A stretch of 64,000 bases of DNA from Spirochaetia bacterium (GTDB lineage: Bacteria; Spirochaetota; Spirochaetia; SZUA-6; Bin103), in contig CBDBDQ010000005.1 in assembly GCA_965203905.1 (NCBI GenBank), positions 6,336,001 through 6,400,000 of the forward strand, written 5' to 3'. The position numbers were made by a program, and so were the translations under genes. The notes beneath the pieces are model-generated. The model made no database searches, was not told the DNA's origin, and worked only from the letters and a program-made list of their open reading frames with translations. Positions 50,814-60,690 of the stretch are shown here, one piece after another; the first letter of the stretch is position 1, and each line of letters opens with the position of its first letter.

Positions 50814-52544
50814 CTACGCCACCGCGTCGCTGAACACCATCTCCCAGCCGTGGAACACGACCGCCAGGCCCGTGAACCGCACCCCTGGGAACTGCCGTGC
50901 CAGGCGCTCGTCCGCAAGGTAGCGCCGCAACTGCGCCGTGGCGTCGCCGGCCGCCGCCGCGACGCGCGCCCCGTCCGCCTGCTCGCTGCGCGCCAGGTAC
51001 TTCAGCTCGATCAGGTAACCCACCCGCAGGTGCGGATAGCGCGCCACCAACGGCTCCAGGGAGATGTTCGAGCGGAACACGAAGTAGTCGGTAACGCTCA
51101 GATATGCGGCCAGGAAGCCCTGAATGACCTTCTCCCCGGCGATGAAGTCGCGAATCCCCGTCTGCCGCGCAATCGCCTCGCTCAGGAACTCCAGCACCGG
51201 CCGCCACTCGCCCTCGTTGGCCATCCGCATCAGCAACTTCTCGAACCGGAACAGGTTGATCCTGAACACGCCCACGTCCTTGTAGCCGTCCCGCAGGTAG
51301 CCGTACATCAGCCGCTTCACGGTCTGGTTGGGGATCGCCAGCCGCGGCATGCCGCGCGCCACCCCGCGGATGCTCAGCAGCCCGAAGTAGTGCAGCAGCG
51401 ACAGAAAGTTCTCCGGCTCGGCGAGCTCGTGCAGCGGAAAGCCCGACTGCACGCGGCGGACGTCCACCTGCTCCTCTCCGATGACGTCCTGCAGCAGGTC
51501 GAAGTTGCCGTTCAACTGCCGGCCTACCACCAGCAGGTGGCGCAGCTTCCCGTAGTCGATGCGCGCGTTGGTGTCGACCAAGTCGTCCGGGGCGGGCCGG
51601 TTAGGGATCGAGTGCTTCAGGTAGTAGAGCACCATGTCGGTGTTGTACAGATCCGCTTCGGCCGTCCGGGCGAACCGGTAGCCGTTGTACCACTCGCCCA
51701 TCAGCGCCATGGCGGCGTCCACGTCCTGGTCGAACACGCCGTGGTCCCGGTAGGTCTCGATCAGGCGCCGCACCTCCGCCTCGGTGAAGCCCACCATCTC
51801 GTTGAAGTCCGGTTCCAGACTGACGTTGGTGCCGATGTTGAAGCCGGAGGTAACGTCGTCCATGGTCACCGGCGACACCCCCGTGATGAACAGGCGGTCA
51901 ATGCCGCCTCCGCTCCGGTCCGCGCCGCCCTTGAGGGTGGCGAAGAAGCTGCGGAAGAAGCCGCCGCCGTGGGTGAACGAATGGTACGCCTCGGCGCCGT
52001 CGTGCGCCAGCACGGTGTTGGCGAAGTTGTCGTACTCGTCGATCAGCACGTACAGCGGGATGTCGTGGTCGCCCGCGTAGCGGAACAGCCGCCCGAGCTT
52101 GGCGGTGATGGACTGCGGCGTCAGGATGCGCTGGAGCGCCGCTTCGGGAAACAAGTCGGGATGGCGCTCCAGCGTCCCCTCCAGCTCCGTGTGGCAGTGG
52201 GTCTCGAACTCCCGCTCCAGCGTTTCGAGCTTGTCGTCGACCATCGAGAAGTTGAAGCGCAGCGTGACGTAACGGCTGCGTTCCTCCGTCGGGCTCTGCC
52301 CGATGTCGGTGCCGGCAAAGGTGGCGTCGAAGTCGTCGGCCCAGAAGCGGTCGTAGTAGTTCTCCAGCAGCGACACCCACAGCGTCTTGCCGAACGGCCG
52401 CGGGCGAATCAGGAAGGCGTAGTGCTCCTGCTCCAGACGCCGCAGGAAGCGAGTCTTGTCCACGTACAGCCACCGGTTCAGGCGGATGCGCCGGAAGTCG
52501 GCCTGGCCGTAGGGGATGTGCGGGTAGGCGGGAGTCTCGTCCAC
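50814..52544 (-). CDS. AAA-ATPase-like + PD-(D/E)XK nuclease (copy 1, degenerate motifs)
   Basis: YVDKT, RPRPFGKT, LIDEYD, FITGVSP, WYNGY, IPN; EAELGKGHAD segment missing before IELKY. Confidence 0.85.
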   Translation of the reverse strand: MDETPAYPHIPYGQADFRRIRLNRWLYVDKTRFLRRLEQEHYAFLIRPRPFGKTLWVSLLENYYDRFWADDFDATFAGTDIGQSPTEERSRYVTLRFNFSMVDDKLETLEREFETHCHTELEGTLERHPDLFPEAALQRILTPQSITAKLGRLFRYAGDHDIPLYVLIDEYDNFANTVLAHDGAEAYHSFTHGGGFFRSFFATLKGGADRSGGGIDRLFITGVSPVTMDDVTSGFNIGTNVSLEPDFNEMVGFTEAEVRRLIETYRDHGVFDQDVDAAMALMGEWYNGYRFARTAEADLYNTDMVLYYLKHSIPNRPAPDDLVDTNARIDYGKLRHLLVVGRQLNGNFDLLQDVIGEEQVDVRRVQSGFPLHELAEPENFLSLLHYFGLLSIRGVARGMPRLAIPNQTVKRLMYGYLRDGYKDVGVFRINLFRFEKLLMRMANEGEWRPVLEFLSEAIARQTGIRDFIAGEKVIQGFLAAYLSVTDYFVFRSNISLEPLVARYPHLRVGYLIELKYLARSEQADGARVAAAAGDATAQLRRYLADERLARQFPGVRFTGLAVVFHGWEMVFSDAVA

Positions 52545-52689
52545 TGAAGACCGTGCCGACGACACTCTATCGCCGTCCGCGCCGGCCCCTCAAGCGCCGA
52601 TCGGCTCCTCGCTGTCCCGCTGCTTGCGCACGGCACGGCTCAACAGGGAAGTCCGGTTTACCAGGTGCCGCGCAACGGCCACGCGGAGA

Positions 52690-53232
52690 CCGTCCCACCC
52701 CGCCTTCCGCGAACAGGTCGCGCGGAATGCTGTGCGCGCCGATCCAGTACGGCACCGTCTCAACCGGTGACCGTGCCCCCAGCACCCAGCCCAGCAGCAG
52801 CCGGCGCTGGGCGCCTCCCGGCCCGCGGTCGTCCACCAGGTGCGGGTTGGCGCAGTAGTACAGGCCCTGTCCACGAAGCCCGGCTCGCGCCCGTCGGGGT
52901 GGAAGCGGCGCGCCTGGCGGTCGTAGCTGCCGGTCCAGTAGGGGTTGTCGTGGGCGCCGACCATCAGCACCGCGCGCTCGCCGTCCGCTGCGCCTTCCGC
53001 ACCGAAGGGGACCAGGTAGGGCAGCTCCCAGTAGCGCCGGCCGGGGTCGTGGTCCTCGGCGATGGTGCCGCGGTGGGTCCACTCTTCCAGGTCGGGCGAG
53101 GTCCACAGGTGCGCGGCGCCGCGCTGGGCGGCACCCTCCCCCACCGCACCGCCGATGAGCTGCTGCCACAGCTCGCCCTCCTTCCACAACCTGGGCGTCC
53201 GAGTGCACGGGCGAGGCGGCATTCGGGCGCTG
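52690..53232 (-). pseudogene. GH32 internal fragment, frameshifted
   Basis: LWTSPDLEEW, YWELP, NPHLVD, GWV. Confidence 0.7.
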
Positions 53233-53380
53233 GATGCGCTGAACATTGCGATCTGGCAGCGCCGACCGCGGGGCGTGGTGCACCATAGCGAACAGGGGTC
53301 GCAGTACACCTCGATCGCGTTCGAGACGTGCTGCAAGCAGACTGGCGTGCGAGCGTCGACCGGCTGCGTGGGCGATACCT
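53227..53380 (+). mobile_element. IS3-family transposase core fragment at the duplication junction
   Basis: DALNIAIWQRRP.GVVHHSEQGSQYTS..F...C...GV..S.G.VGD. Confidence 0.8.
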
Positions 53381-53626
53381 GGAGTTGAGGTACTTCCTGG
53401 TACCGGCCATCATTACGCTGCTGATGACCGGCGCCGCCACGCTGGTTCCCACGCTGCGTACGGCTCGCCTCAGCATCGCGTCCGTCCTGCGTCACGACTG
53501 AGGCGGTCCGGCGTCCTGGGGAGTGCCGGCGCACGTGAGAGGCGGCGTCATGTCCGACGGCAAGGTTCGCGCATGGACGGGGCTGCCGCTTGGGCTGAAT
53601 ATGCCACTTCGCTCGGCTGCGTCTCG

Positions 53627-55381
53627 CTACGCCACCGCGTCGCTGAACACCATCTCCCAGCCGTGGAACACCACCGCCAAGCCTGTGAACCGGACGGCCG
53701 GGAACTGCCGTGTCAGGCGCTCGTCCGCCAGGTAGCGCCGCAACTGCGCCGTGGCTTCGCCGGCCGCCGCCCTCACGCGGGCCTCGTCCGCCGGCTCGCC
53801 GCGAGCCAGGTACTTCAACTCGATCAGGTACCCGACCCGCAGGTGCGGATAGCGCGCCAGCAACGGCTCCAGGCTGATGTCCGCGTGTCCCTTCCCCAGC
53901 TCCGCCTCCGACCGGAACACGTAGTAGCCGGCCACGCTCAGGTAGGCGGCCAGGAATCCCTGGATGACCTTCTCCCCGCCGATGTAGTCCCGGATACCCG
54001 TCTGCGCCGCGATCGCCTCGCTCAGGTACTCCAGCACCGGCCGCCACTCGCCCTCGTTGGCCATCCCCAGCATCAGTTGCTCGAACCGGTGCAGGTCGAC
54101 CCGGAACACCCCCACGTCCTTGTAGCCGTCGCGCAGGTAGCCGTACATCAGCCGCTTCACCGTCTGGTTCGGGATCGCCAGCGTCGGCGTCACCCCCTGC
54201 ACCTCGCGGATGCTCAGCAGCCCGAAGTAGTGCAGCAGCGACAGGAAGTTCTGCGGCTCGGCGAGCTCGTGCTGCGGAAAGCCGGGCTGGATGTCGCTGT
54301 CCACCTGTTCCTCACCGATGATCGTCCGCAACAGGTCGAAGTTGCCGTTGAGCTGCCGCCCCACCACCAGCAGGTGGCGCAGCTTGCCGTAGTCGATGCG
54401 CACGTTGGTGTCGATCAGGTACTTGGGCACGCGTCGGTTCGGGATCGATTGGTCCAGGTAGTAGAGCACCATGTCGGTGTTGTAGAGATCGGTCTCGGCC
54501 TCCTCCGCGAACCGGTAGCCGTTGTACCACTCGCCCATGATGCCCATCGCGGTGTCGACGCCCTGATTGAACACGCCGAGGTCCTGGTAGGTCTCCACCA
54601 GGCGCCGCACCTCCGCCTCGGTGAAACCGACCATCTCGTTGAAGTCGGGGTGCAGGCTGATGTTCTTGCCGATGTTGAAGCCGCTGGTGACGTCGTCCAT
54701 GGTCACCGGCGACACGCCGGTGATGAACAGGCGATCGATGCCGCCTCCGCTCCGGTCCGTGCCGCCCTTGAGAGTGGCGAAGAAGTTGCGGAAGAAGCCG
54801 CCGCCGTGGGTGAAGTCATGGTACGCCTCGGCGCCGCGTTGCGCCAGCACGGTGTTGGCGAAGTTGTCGTACTCGTCGATCAGCACGTACAGCGGGATGT
54901 CGTGGTCGCCCGCGTAGCGGAACAACATGCTGAGCTTGGTGGCAATGGAGGGCGGCGCGAGGATACGCTGCCGTGCCGCTTCGGGAAACAGGTCGGGATG
55001 CCGCTCCAGCGTTCCCTCCAGTTCAACCAGGCAGTAGGCTTCGAACTCCCGCTCCAGGGTTTCGAGCTTGTCGTCGACCATTGAGAAGTTGAAGCGCAGG
55101 GTGACGTAGCGGCTGCGCTCCTCCGTCGGGTCCTGCCCGATGTCAGTGCCGGCAAAGGTGGCGTCGAAGTCGCCGGCCCAGAAGCGGTCGTAGTAGTTTT
55201 CCAGCAGCGACACCCACAGTGTCTTGCCGAACCGCCGGGGGCGGATCAGGAAGACGTAGTGCTCCTGTTCCAGCCGCCGCAGGAAGCGCGTCTTGTCAAC
55301 GTACAGCCAGCGGTTCAGGCGGATGCGCCGGAAGTCGCCCTGGCCGTAGGGAATGTGGGGGTACGCGGGTGTCTCGTTCAC
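53627..55381 (-). CDS. AAA-ATPase-like + PD-(D/E)XK nuclease (copy 2, intact motifs)
   Basis: RPRRFGKT, LIDEYD, SEAELGKGHADI...IELKY. Confidence 0.9.
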   Translation of the reverse strand: MNETPAYPHIPYGQGDFRRIRLNRWLYVDKTRFLRRLEQEHYVFLIRPRRFGKTLWVSLLENYYDRFWAGDFDATFAGTDIGQDPTEERSRYVTLRFNFSMVDDKLETLEREFEAYCLVELEGTLERHPDLFPEAARQRILAPPSIATKLSMLFRYAGDHDIPLYVLIDEYDNFANTVLAQRGAEAYHDFTHGGGFFRNFFATLKGGTDRSGGGIDRLFITGVSPVTMDDVTSGFNIGKNISLHPDFNEMVGFTEAEVRRLVETYQDLGVFNQGVDTAMGIMGEWYNGYRFAEEAETDLYNTDMVLYYLDQSIPNRRVPKYLIDTNVRIDYGKLRHLLVVGRQLNGNFDLLRTIIGEEQVDSDIQPGFPQHELAEPQNFLSLLHYFGLLSIREVQGVTPTLAIPNQTVKRLMYGYLRDGYKDVGVFRVDLHRFEQLMLGMANEGEWRPVLEYLSEAIAAQTGIRDYIGGEKVIQGFLAAYLSVAGYYVFRSEAELGKGHADISLEPLLARYPHLRVGYLIELKYLARGEPADEARVRAAAGEATAQLRRYLADERLTRQFPAVRFTGLAVVFHGWEMVFSDAVA

Positions 55382-55404
55382 TGGCGAACCGTTCCGGCGA
55401 CACT

Positions 55405-56491
55405 CTATCGCCGTCCGCGCCGGCCCCTCAAGCGCCGATCGGCTCCTCGCCGTCCCGCTGCTTGCGCACGGCACGGCTCAACAGGGAAGTCCGGTTTACC
55501 AGGTGCCGCGCAACGGCCACGCGGAGACCGTCCCACCCCGTTTTCCGCGAACAGGTCGCGCGGAATGCTGTGCGTGCCGATCCAGTACGGCACCGTCTCA
55601 ACCGGTGACCGTGCCCCCAGCACCCAGCCCAGCAGCAGGCGGCGCTCGGCGCCTCCCGGCCCGCGGTCGTCCACCAGGTGCGGGTTGACGCAGTAGTACA
55701 GGCCCAGGTCGACGAAGCGCGGCTCGCGCCCGTCGGGGTGGAAGCGGCGCGCCTTCCGGTCGTAGCTGCCGGTCCAGTAGGGATTGTTGCGGGCGCCGAC
55801 CATGAGCACCGCGCGCTCGCCGTCCGCTGCACCCTCCGCACCGAAGGGGACCAGGTAGGGCAGCTCCCAGTAGCGCCGGCCGGGGTCGTGGTCCTCGGCG
55901 ATGGTGCCGCGGTGGGTCCACTCCTCCAGGTCGGGCGAGGTCCACAGGTGGGCGTCCCAGTGCACCGGCGAGGCGGCGTTGGGCCGCTGCTCGTTGTCCA
56001 TCACCTTGTGCTTGTGCCAGCTCAGCCAGCCGTCGGTGCTGCGTGCCAGCACGCCGTGGGCCTCGGCATGGCCGGCGACGTTGCCGGTGTACAGCGCACA
56101 CGGGAAGCCGTCGTCGTCGATGAAGGTGTTGCCGGAGTACACCCCCTCCACGTCGTAGCGGCGGTCGGGCCACATCGCCACCGGCCAGTCTTCCCCAATG
56201 GACCAAATCGGCAGCGGTTGCGTGGCCCCAGCACACGGGGCTCTGGCTGCCGTTGGCGAATACCGGCCGGTACTGGTAGAAGAGGTGGTAAACGCCCTGG
56301 TGGTAGATCGGACCGTTGGGGTCGTTGATCCAGCCCTCCGGCGCCGTGAAGTGGTAGCGCGGCCGGTGCGGGTCGTGGGCCAGCATCCAGCGCCGCAGTT
56401 GCCGCGCCGCGGGGCCGAACACCTCGCGCTCCCTGCTGGTCACGGCCACGCGAAAGTCGCGCACCTCGCGTGGCCAGCGGTCGCCGCTCAC
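55405..56491 (-). pseudogene. GH32 beta-fructosidase-like gene, frameshifted, internally deleted and 3'-truncated
   Basis: RPRYHF..PEGWINDPNG, YHLFYQ, WGHA..DLVHW; extra base at the C4 run ~56193-56196; GTGA overlap with the upstream fragment. Confidence 0.8.
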
Positions 56492-56812
56492 TCCCGGTAT
56501 TTCCCGATGATGTCGATGATCAGGCCGATGTCGTCGCGCGCGGACGCCAGCGGGGTGCGATTCTCGGTACCGTCCACGACGCACTCGTGGAAGTGGCGCA
56601 ACTCGGGCAGGAAGGCGCTCTCCCAGTCGACCGCGGGCTCGGTGCGGTAGGCTGTGCCGTCCGCGTCCGTGCCCTGGATCACCGGGGGAGGAGAGCAGGC
56701 CGCGCGCAAACCCGGTCGGATAGGAGAGCAGCACGCGCCGCCCGTCGCCGTAGATCTCCAGGGTCTCCTTGAAGTCCCACAGGTCGGGCAGGTCGATCCA
56801 GGTGGCGCTATC
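56488..56812 (-). pseudogene. Gfo/Idh/MocA-like C-terminal fragment
   Basis: ETLEIYG..., AFLPELRHFHECV..G...TPL..AR.D; 5' end cut by the adjacent element. Confidence 0.55.
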
Positions 56813-56849
56813 TCCGCGGTGGGCGTGGTGCGGTCGTAATGGTGTCAGA

Positions 56850-57360
56850 ATGAGACCTGCCCAGTACTCCAGCACCGCGCTCATCGACCTGTTCCATCAG
56901 CAGACCGTCACCACGCTGCCCGAGGTGATGGCGGCTCTCGGCACGCACGCCCGGCGCACCGCGTTCCGCAAGCTCAAGGAACTCCCCTACCGCACCAGCT
57001 ACTCCCATCGTGGCCGCTACTACACCCTCGACGAGTTCATCGACTTCGACCAACACGGGCTGTGGTCGTTCCACGACGTGCGCTTCTCGACCGCCGGCAC
57101 GCTGCTCGCCACCATCGAAGCGAAGGTCAACGACGCTACGGCTGGACAGTTCAGCGAGGAGTTGGACCACCTGCTGCACGTCGGCACCCACGATGCCCTG
57201 CGCAAGCTGGTCCAGGAACGCAAGCTGAGCCGCCGGAAGGTTGCCGGTCAGTTCCTGTATTGCGCCGCCGATCGGACCCGCAAAGGGCAACAACTGAGCG
57301 CTCGGCGCGCCCTGCTGGCCGCCCCCGGACTGGTCGGACCGATACCGGATGCGCGATTGG
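56850..57360 (+). mobile_element. Truncated IS-associated ORF (ISAzo13-like element, N-terminal part)
   Basis: ALGT..RRT.FRKL..L.Y.TSYSHRG.YYTL...FD..GLW....V.FS..GTL..T; recognised from memory, DDE part absent. Confidence 0.5.
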
Positions 57361-57548
57361 TACACCACCCTGGGGCGCAATCCCGGAACCATGCGGCCGA
57401 GCGTCAGCGCGGTGGGCGACAACCGCAGCGGCGCACCGCCGCTTCCGTCCCGGTCAGGTCGTCGGTAGCGAGCGGTTGATCGTACAGGGCTCGCCTGACC
57501 TGGACCTGATCAGCAAGCGGTAGTGGTTGTTTAAAAATCTCTGTGTTT

Positions 57549-57917
57549 CTACGGAGTCTCGCCGCTCACCAGCCCAAAATGATCAAGCAGCTTTCCCACG
57601 TCGGTATTGAGGGTGGCTACGGTGGTCTGGATCTTCCCCATGTCGGTCCTGAGACCGGCCACGACGGTCCTGAGACCGGCCACGTCGGTCTTGAGATCCG
57701 CCACGTCGGTCTTGAGACCCGCAACGTCGGTCTTGAGACCCGCAACGTCGGTCTGGATCTCGCCGAGCACACGCTCCATGCGTTGGTTGTCCTCATGGAG
57801 CGCACCAAGCGCCTCTACCACGTTGCTCATAGTAGGGTCAGCCTTGACGCGCTCGAGCGCAGGCGCTGCCTTACTCGTCGGCGTTTGACCGGAAGGATTC
57901 GGCTGTGCTGTACTCAT
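57549..57917 (-). CDS. Small coiled-coil heptad-repeat protein
   Basis: (L/I)(K/R/Q)TDVAG repeats from 21-bp units at about 57635-57760. Confidence 0.75.
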   Translation of the reverse strand: MSTAQPNPSGQTPTSKAAPALERVKADPTMSNVVEALGALHEDNQRMERVLGEIQTDVAGLKTDVAGLKTDVADLKTDVAGLRTVVAGLRTDMGKIQTTVATLNTDVGKLLDHFGLVSGETP

Positions 57918-57924
57918 GGGACCG

Positions 57925-58041
57925 CTACTTTGCCCCCAGAGCCGCAGCCGCCTTGCGCGCGGTCTCGCGGCGCCCCGTTGCCATGGCGACAACCAGCTTA
58001 GCGAACTCATTGCCGTCGCGCGGCTTCTTGGGTAGTGCCAT
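57925..58041 (-). CDS. 38-aa basic peptide below the ORF-track cutoff, resembling an internally deleted histone-H1-like mobile-element protein
   Basis: GGAGG RBS; MALPKKPRDGNEFAKLVVAMATGRRETARKAAAALGAK*. Confidence 0.5.
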   Translation of the reverse strand: MALPKKPRDGNEFAKLVVAMATGRRETARKAAAALGAK

Positions 58042-58247
58042 CGCTAAACCTCCAGCGTATCGTCCTCGGTATAGTTTAGTGCTTCCGCGCACCAACGATC
58101 AACGACCAGCAAGGCGGTCGCCGGTCGCGTGCCGTCGTCGGACGCCGCACCGCTGAAGGCGCACGTTTCCGCTAGCCGCAACATCGTCGGTACTTCAGCC
58201 GCTGCGTCTTCGACGAGATCCTCCCCACAACGCGGTACATTGGCGGT

Positions 58248-59063
58248 ATGAACGCCACCGGTCGCGGCGAGTTGCGGCTCACGGTGCAGGGCCGGCGCTG
58301 GCGCACGCGTTACCGGGCGCCGCTGTTCGTCAACGTGCTGCCGGCGGCCGACGGCACCCTGTTGGCGTTACCGGTGGACCAGGGCGGAGGACTGCGCAAC
58401 GGCGAGCGCCAGCTGCAGCGGGTGCTGCTGGATCACGGCGCCGAGGTGACCTGGGCGCCGCCGGCCAGCACCCTGTGTCTGCCGGCCGTGGATGCTTCCG
58501 GCGCCCATCTGCAACTGGTCGCCGACGTACGCGGCGCCAGCTACCTGCGCCTGGCGGGGCGGCCGCTGATCCCTTTCGCCGGCGCAGACGTGGTGCAGAC
58601 CACCGTGGTGAGGGTAGCTTCCGGCAGCCAGTGCCTGCTGCTGGAGAGCGGCTGCCCGGGCCGCACCCAGATGGGCGAGAGCTGGGCATTCACGCGCCTC
58701 GCCTATCACCTGACGGTGCTGCGCCAGCGCACCGTGGTGTATCGCGAGCGCTGGGAGCTGCGGCCACCCGAGGTGCCCCATGCGGCGAGCGGCTTCGACG
58801 GCAAGCTGGGGTGGGCGACCTGCGTGGCATGCGGCCCGCGGCCGATCGCCGAGCTGGAGGAGCTGCGCCGCTGGCTCAGCGCCAACGGTGCCACCGTGCG
58901 CTACGGCTGCCTCGGCGAAGACCTCGCGGTGGCGCGCATTCTGGATCCCCACGGGGCCCTGGTCACCGGGCTGGCAGAACGCACGCTGCAGGGCGCCCAG
59001 TGCCCGGCCGCCGAGCGCCAGCCGGCTCCCGAGCCGCACGCGCCCGGAATCACGGTTCGCTGA
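58248..59063 (+). CDS. ureD: Urease accessory protein UreD/UreH
   Basis: GGGL..GE, LIPFAGA...Q, PGR..MGE.WAF, ER..L.P; urease operon nearby lacks ureD. Confidence 0.8.
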   Translation: MNATGRGELRLTVQGRRWRTRYRAPLFVNVLPAADGTLLALPVDQGGGLRNGERQLQRVLLDHGAEVTWAPPASTLCLPAVDASGAHLQLVADVRGASYLRLAGRPLIPFAGADVVQTTVVRVASGSQCLLLESGCPGRTQMGESWAFTRLAYHLTVLRQRTVVYRERWELRPPEVPHAASGFDGKLGWATCVACGPRPIAELEELRRWLSANGATVRYGCLGEDLAVARILDPHGALVTGLAERTLQGAQCPAAERQPAPEPHAPGITVR

Positions 59064-60690
59064 CCGTCAGCCGCTGGTTGGTCGCCACGTCGTGCAGGGT
59101 CTGGCGGCTGCCGCTCGGCCACTCGACCTCCACTGCTGCGACGCGCTCCAGGCCGGGGCCCAGGCCAACGTGGAGCAGCGCCTCGTTCTGGCCCAGGTAG
59201 TTGTTGCCGCCGCCGAGCACCCGTACCAGGCGCCGGTCCGGCTCCGCCGCGCGTGGGGTCACGGTGATGCGGGCGCCGACGCCCTGGCGGTTGGCCTCCC
59301 TGCCCTCCAGCCGCAGCTGCAGCCAGCGATTCGGCCCCGCGCGGCCGGCGCGGTTGGTCTCGTTGCGGTACAGCACCGGGCGGCCGCTGTTGTGCACCAC
59401 CAGCAGGTCCAGGTCACCGTCCGGCTCCAGGTCGAACACCGCCAGCCCGGTGCCGACCGCGGTGGCCAGCAAGCCCTCCGGTTGCGCCACCTCGGTGAAG
59501 CGGCCGCTGCCGTCATTGCGCCACAGCTTCATCGGGTCGTCGGCGAAGCCGGTGGTGTTGGCGGTGTAGGGGACCTCGGCGGCGTAGTCCACGCCGGTGG
59601 CCAGCACCAGGTCCAGGTCACCGTCGTTGTCGTAATCCAGGAAGCTGGTGCCCCACCCCCACGACCCGTCACGCACCCCCGCCGCGTCGGTGGTGTCTTC
59701 AAAGAAACCGCGGCCCAGGTTGCGGTACAGGCGGTTGCCGTCGCGGTAGGGTACCCCCTCCTCGTAGATGGCGCTCACGAACCAGTCCAGGAGACCGTCG
59801 CCGTCGTAGTCGCCCACCGCGGACCCCATGCCGTACTCGTCGGTGCCGACGCGCGCCCCGACGGTGCCGTCGAGGAAGCGGCCGTTGCCCAGGTTCCAGT
59901 AGAGCTGGCTGGTCTGGTGGTCGCCCGCGATCACCAGCTCGGGATAGAGGTCGTCGTCCAGCAGGGCGAAGGTCGAGGTGAGACTCTGGCCCTCGGCCAG
60001 CGGGTTGACCGCGATGATGCGGTGCTGGGAGACCCCGGCATGGCGGGTCACGTCCTCGAAGTGGCCGGGGGCCTCCGCGCCGCGGTTGCGCAGCAGGCGC
60101 GCGTTGCTCTGCGCGCCGACGGTCATCTGGCGCAGGAAGCGCCACTCCGTGGTGTGCAAGTCGAGGTAGCCGTCCAGGTCGTAGTCCCCGAACGCGGCGC
60201 TGAACCCGAAGTGCAGGTCGTCGCCCTCGGTGGCGGCGCCGCGCGCCACCGCCTCCTCGGAAAACGAGCCGGAGCCGTCGTTCACGAACAGGTGAAAACG
60301 GTGCGAGAACAGGCTGGTCACGTACAGGTCCAGGTCGCCGTCGTTGTCGATGTCGCCCCAGGCGGCGCCGTTGGACTGCACGTCGGCCAGGTGTGCGGGG
60401 CCGAAGGCCTCGGCGGTAACGTCCGCGAAGGTGCCGTCGCCGCGGTTCCGGTACAGGATGTCGCTGTCGTCCAGACGGGTCACGTAGAGATCGACCAGCC
60501 CGTCGCCGTCGTAGTCCCCGGCGGCCACTCCGCCGGTCTTGTAGCTCTGCATCGCGGCTGGAGTATCCGCCGCGCGGCGAAACTGCACGTAGTCGATACC
60601 CGCGGCGTCCGTCACGTCGACGAAGGTCTGCGCCGCCGCCGGCGCCGCCAGGGCTGCAGCCAGGGCGGTGCCGAGCCACGCCCACCTCAC
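59050..60690 (-). CDS. Secreted CRTAC1-like FG-GAP repeat / ASPIC-UnbV protein
   Basis: Signal peptide, repeated GDYD.DG..DLYV and LYRN.G.G.F.D.T, C-terminal LHVGLG...V.WPSG. Confidence 0.9.
   Translation of the reverse strand: MRWAWLGTALAAALAAPAAAQTFVDVTDAAGIDYVQFRRAADTPAAMQSYKTGGVAAGDYDGDGLVDLYVTRLDDSDILYRNRGDGTFADVTAEAFGPAHLADVQSNGAAWGDIDNDGDLDLYVTSLFSHRFHLFVNDGSGSFSEEAVARGAATEGDDLHFGFSAAFGDYDLDGYLDLHTTEWRFLRQMTVGAQSNARLLRNRGAEAPGHFEDVTRHAGVSQHRIIAVNPLAEGQSLTSTFALLDDDLYPELVIAGDHQTSQLYWNLGNGRFLDGTVGARVGTDEYGMGSAVGDYDGDGLLDWFVSAIYEEGVPYRDGNRLYRNLGRGFFEDTTDAAGVRDGSWGWGTSFLDYDNDGDLDLVLATGVDYAAEVPYTANTTGFADDPMKLWRNDGSGRFTEVAQPEGLLATAVGTGLAVFDLEPDGDLDLLVVHNSGRPVLYRNETNRAGRAGPNRWLQLRLEGREANRQGVGARITVTPRAAEPDRRLVRVLGGGNNYLGQNEALLHVGLGPGLERVAAVEVEWPSGSRQTLHDVATNQRLTVSEP

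Larger units (their letters stand above)
50555..55988. repeat. Diverged tandem duplication of ~2.6 kb (about 50555-53232 and 53377-55988)
   Basis: Both units contain the permease tail, spacer, AAA-nuclease gene and GH32 fragment; flanks nearly identical. Confidence 0.9.

Noticed and set aside
50555-55988. Diversity-generating retroelement (TR/VR pair)
   Set aside because: The repeat is kilobases long, differences are not adenine-specific, and no reverse transcriptase is present.
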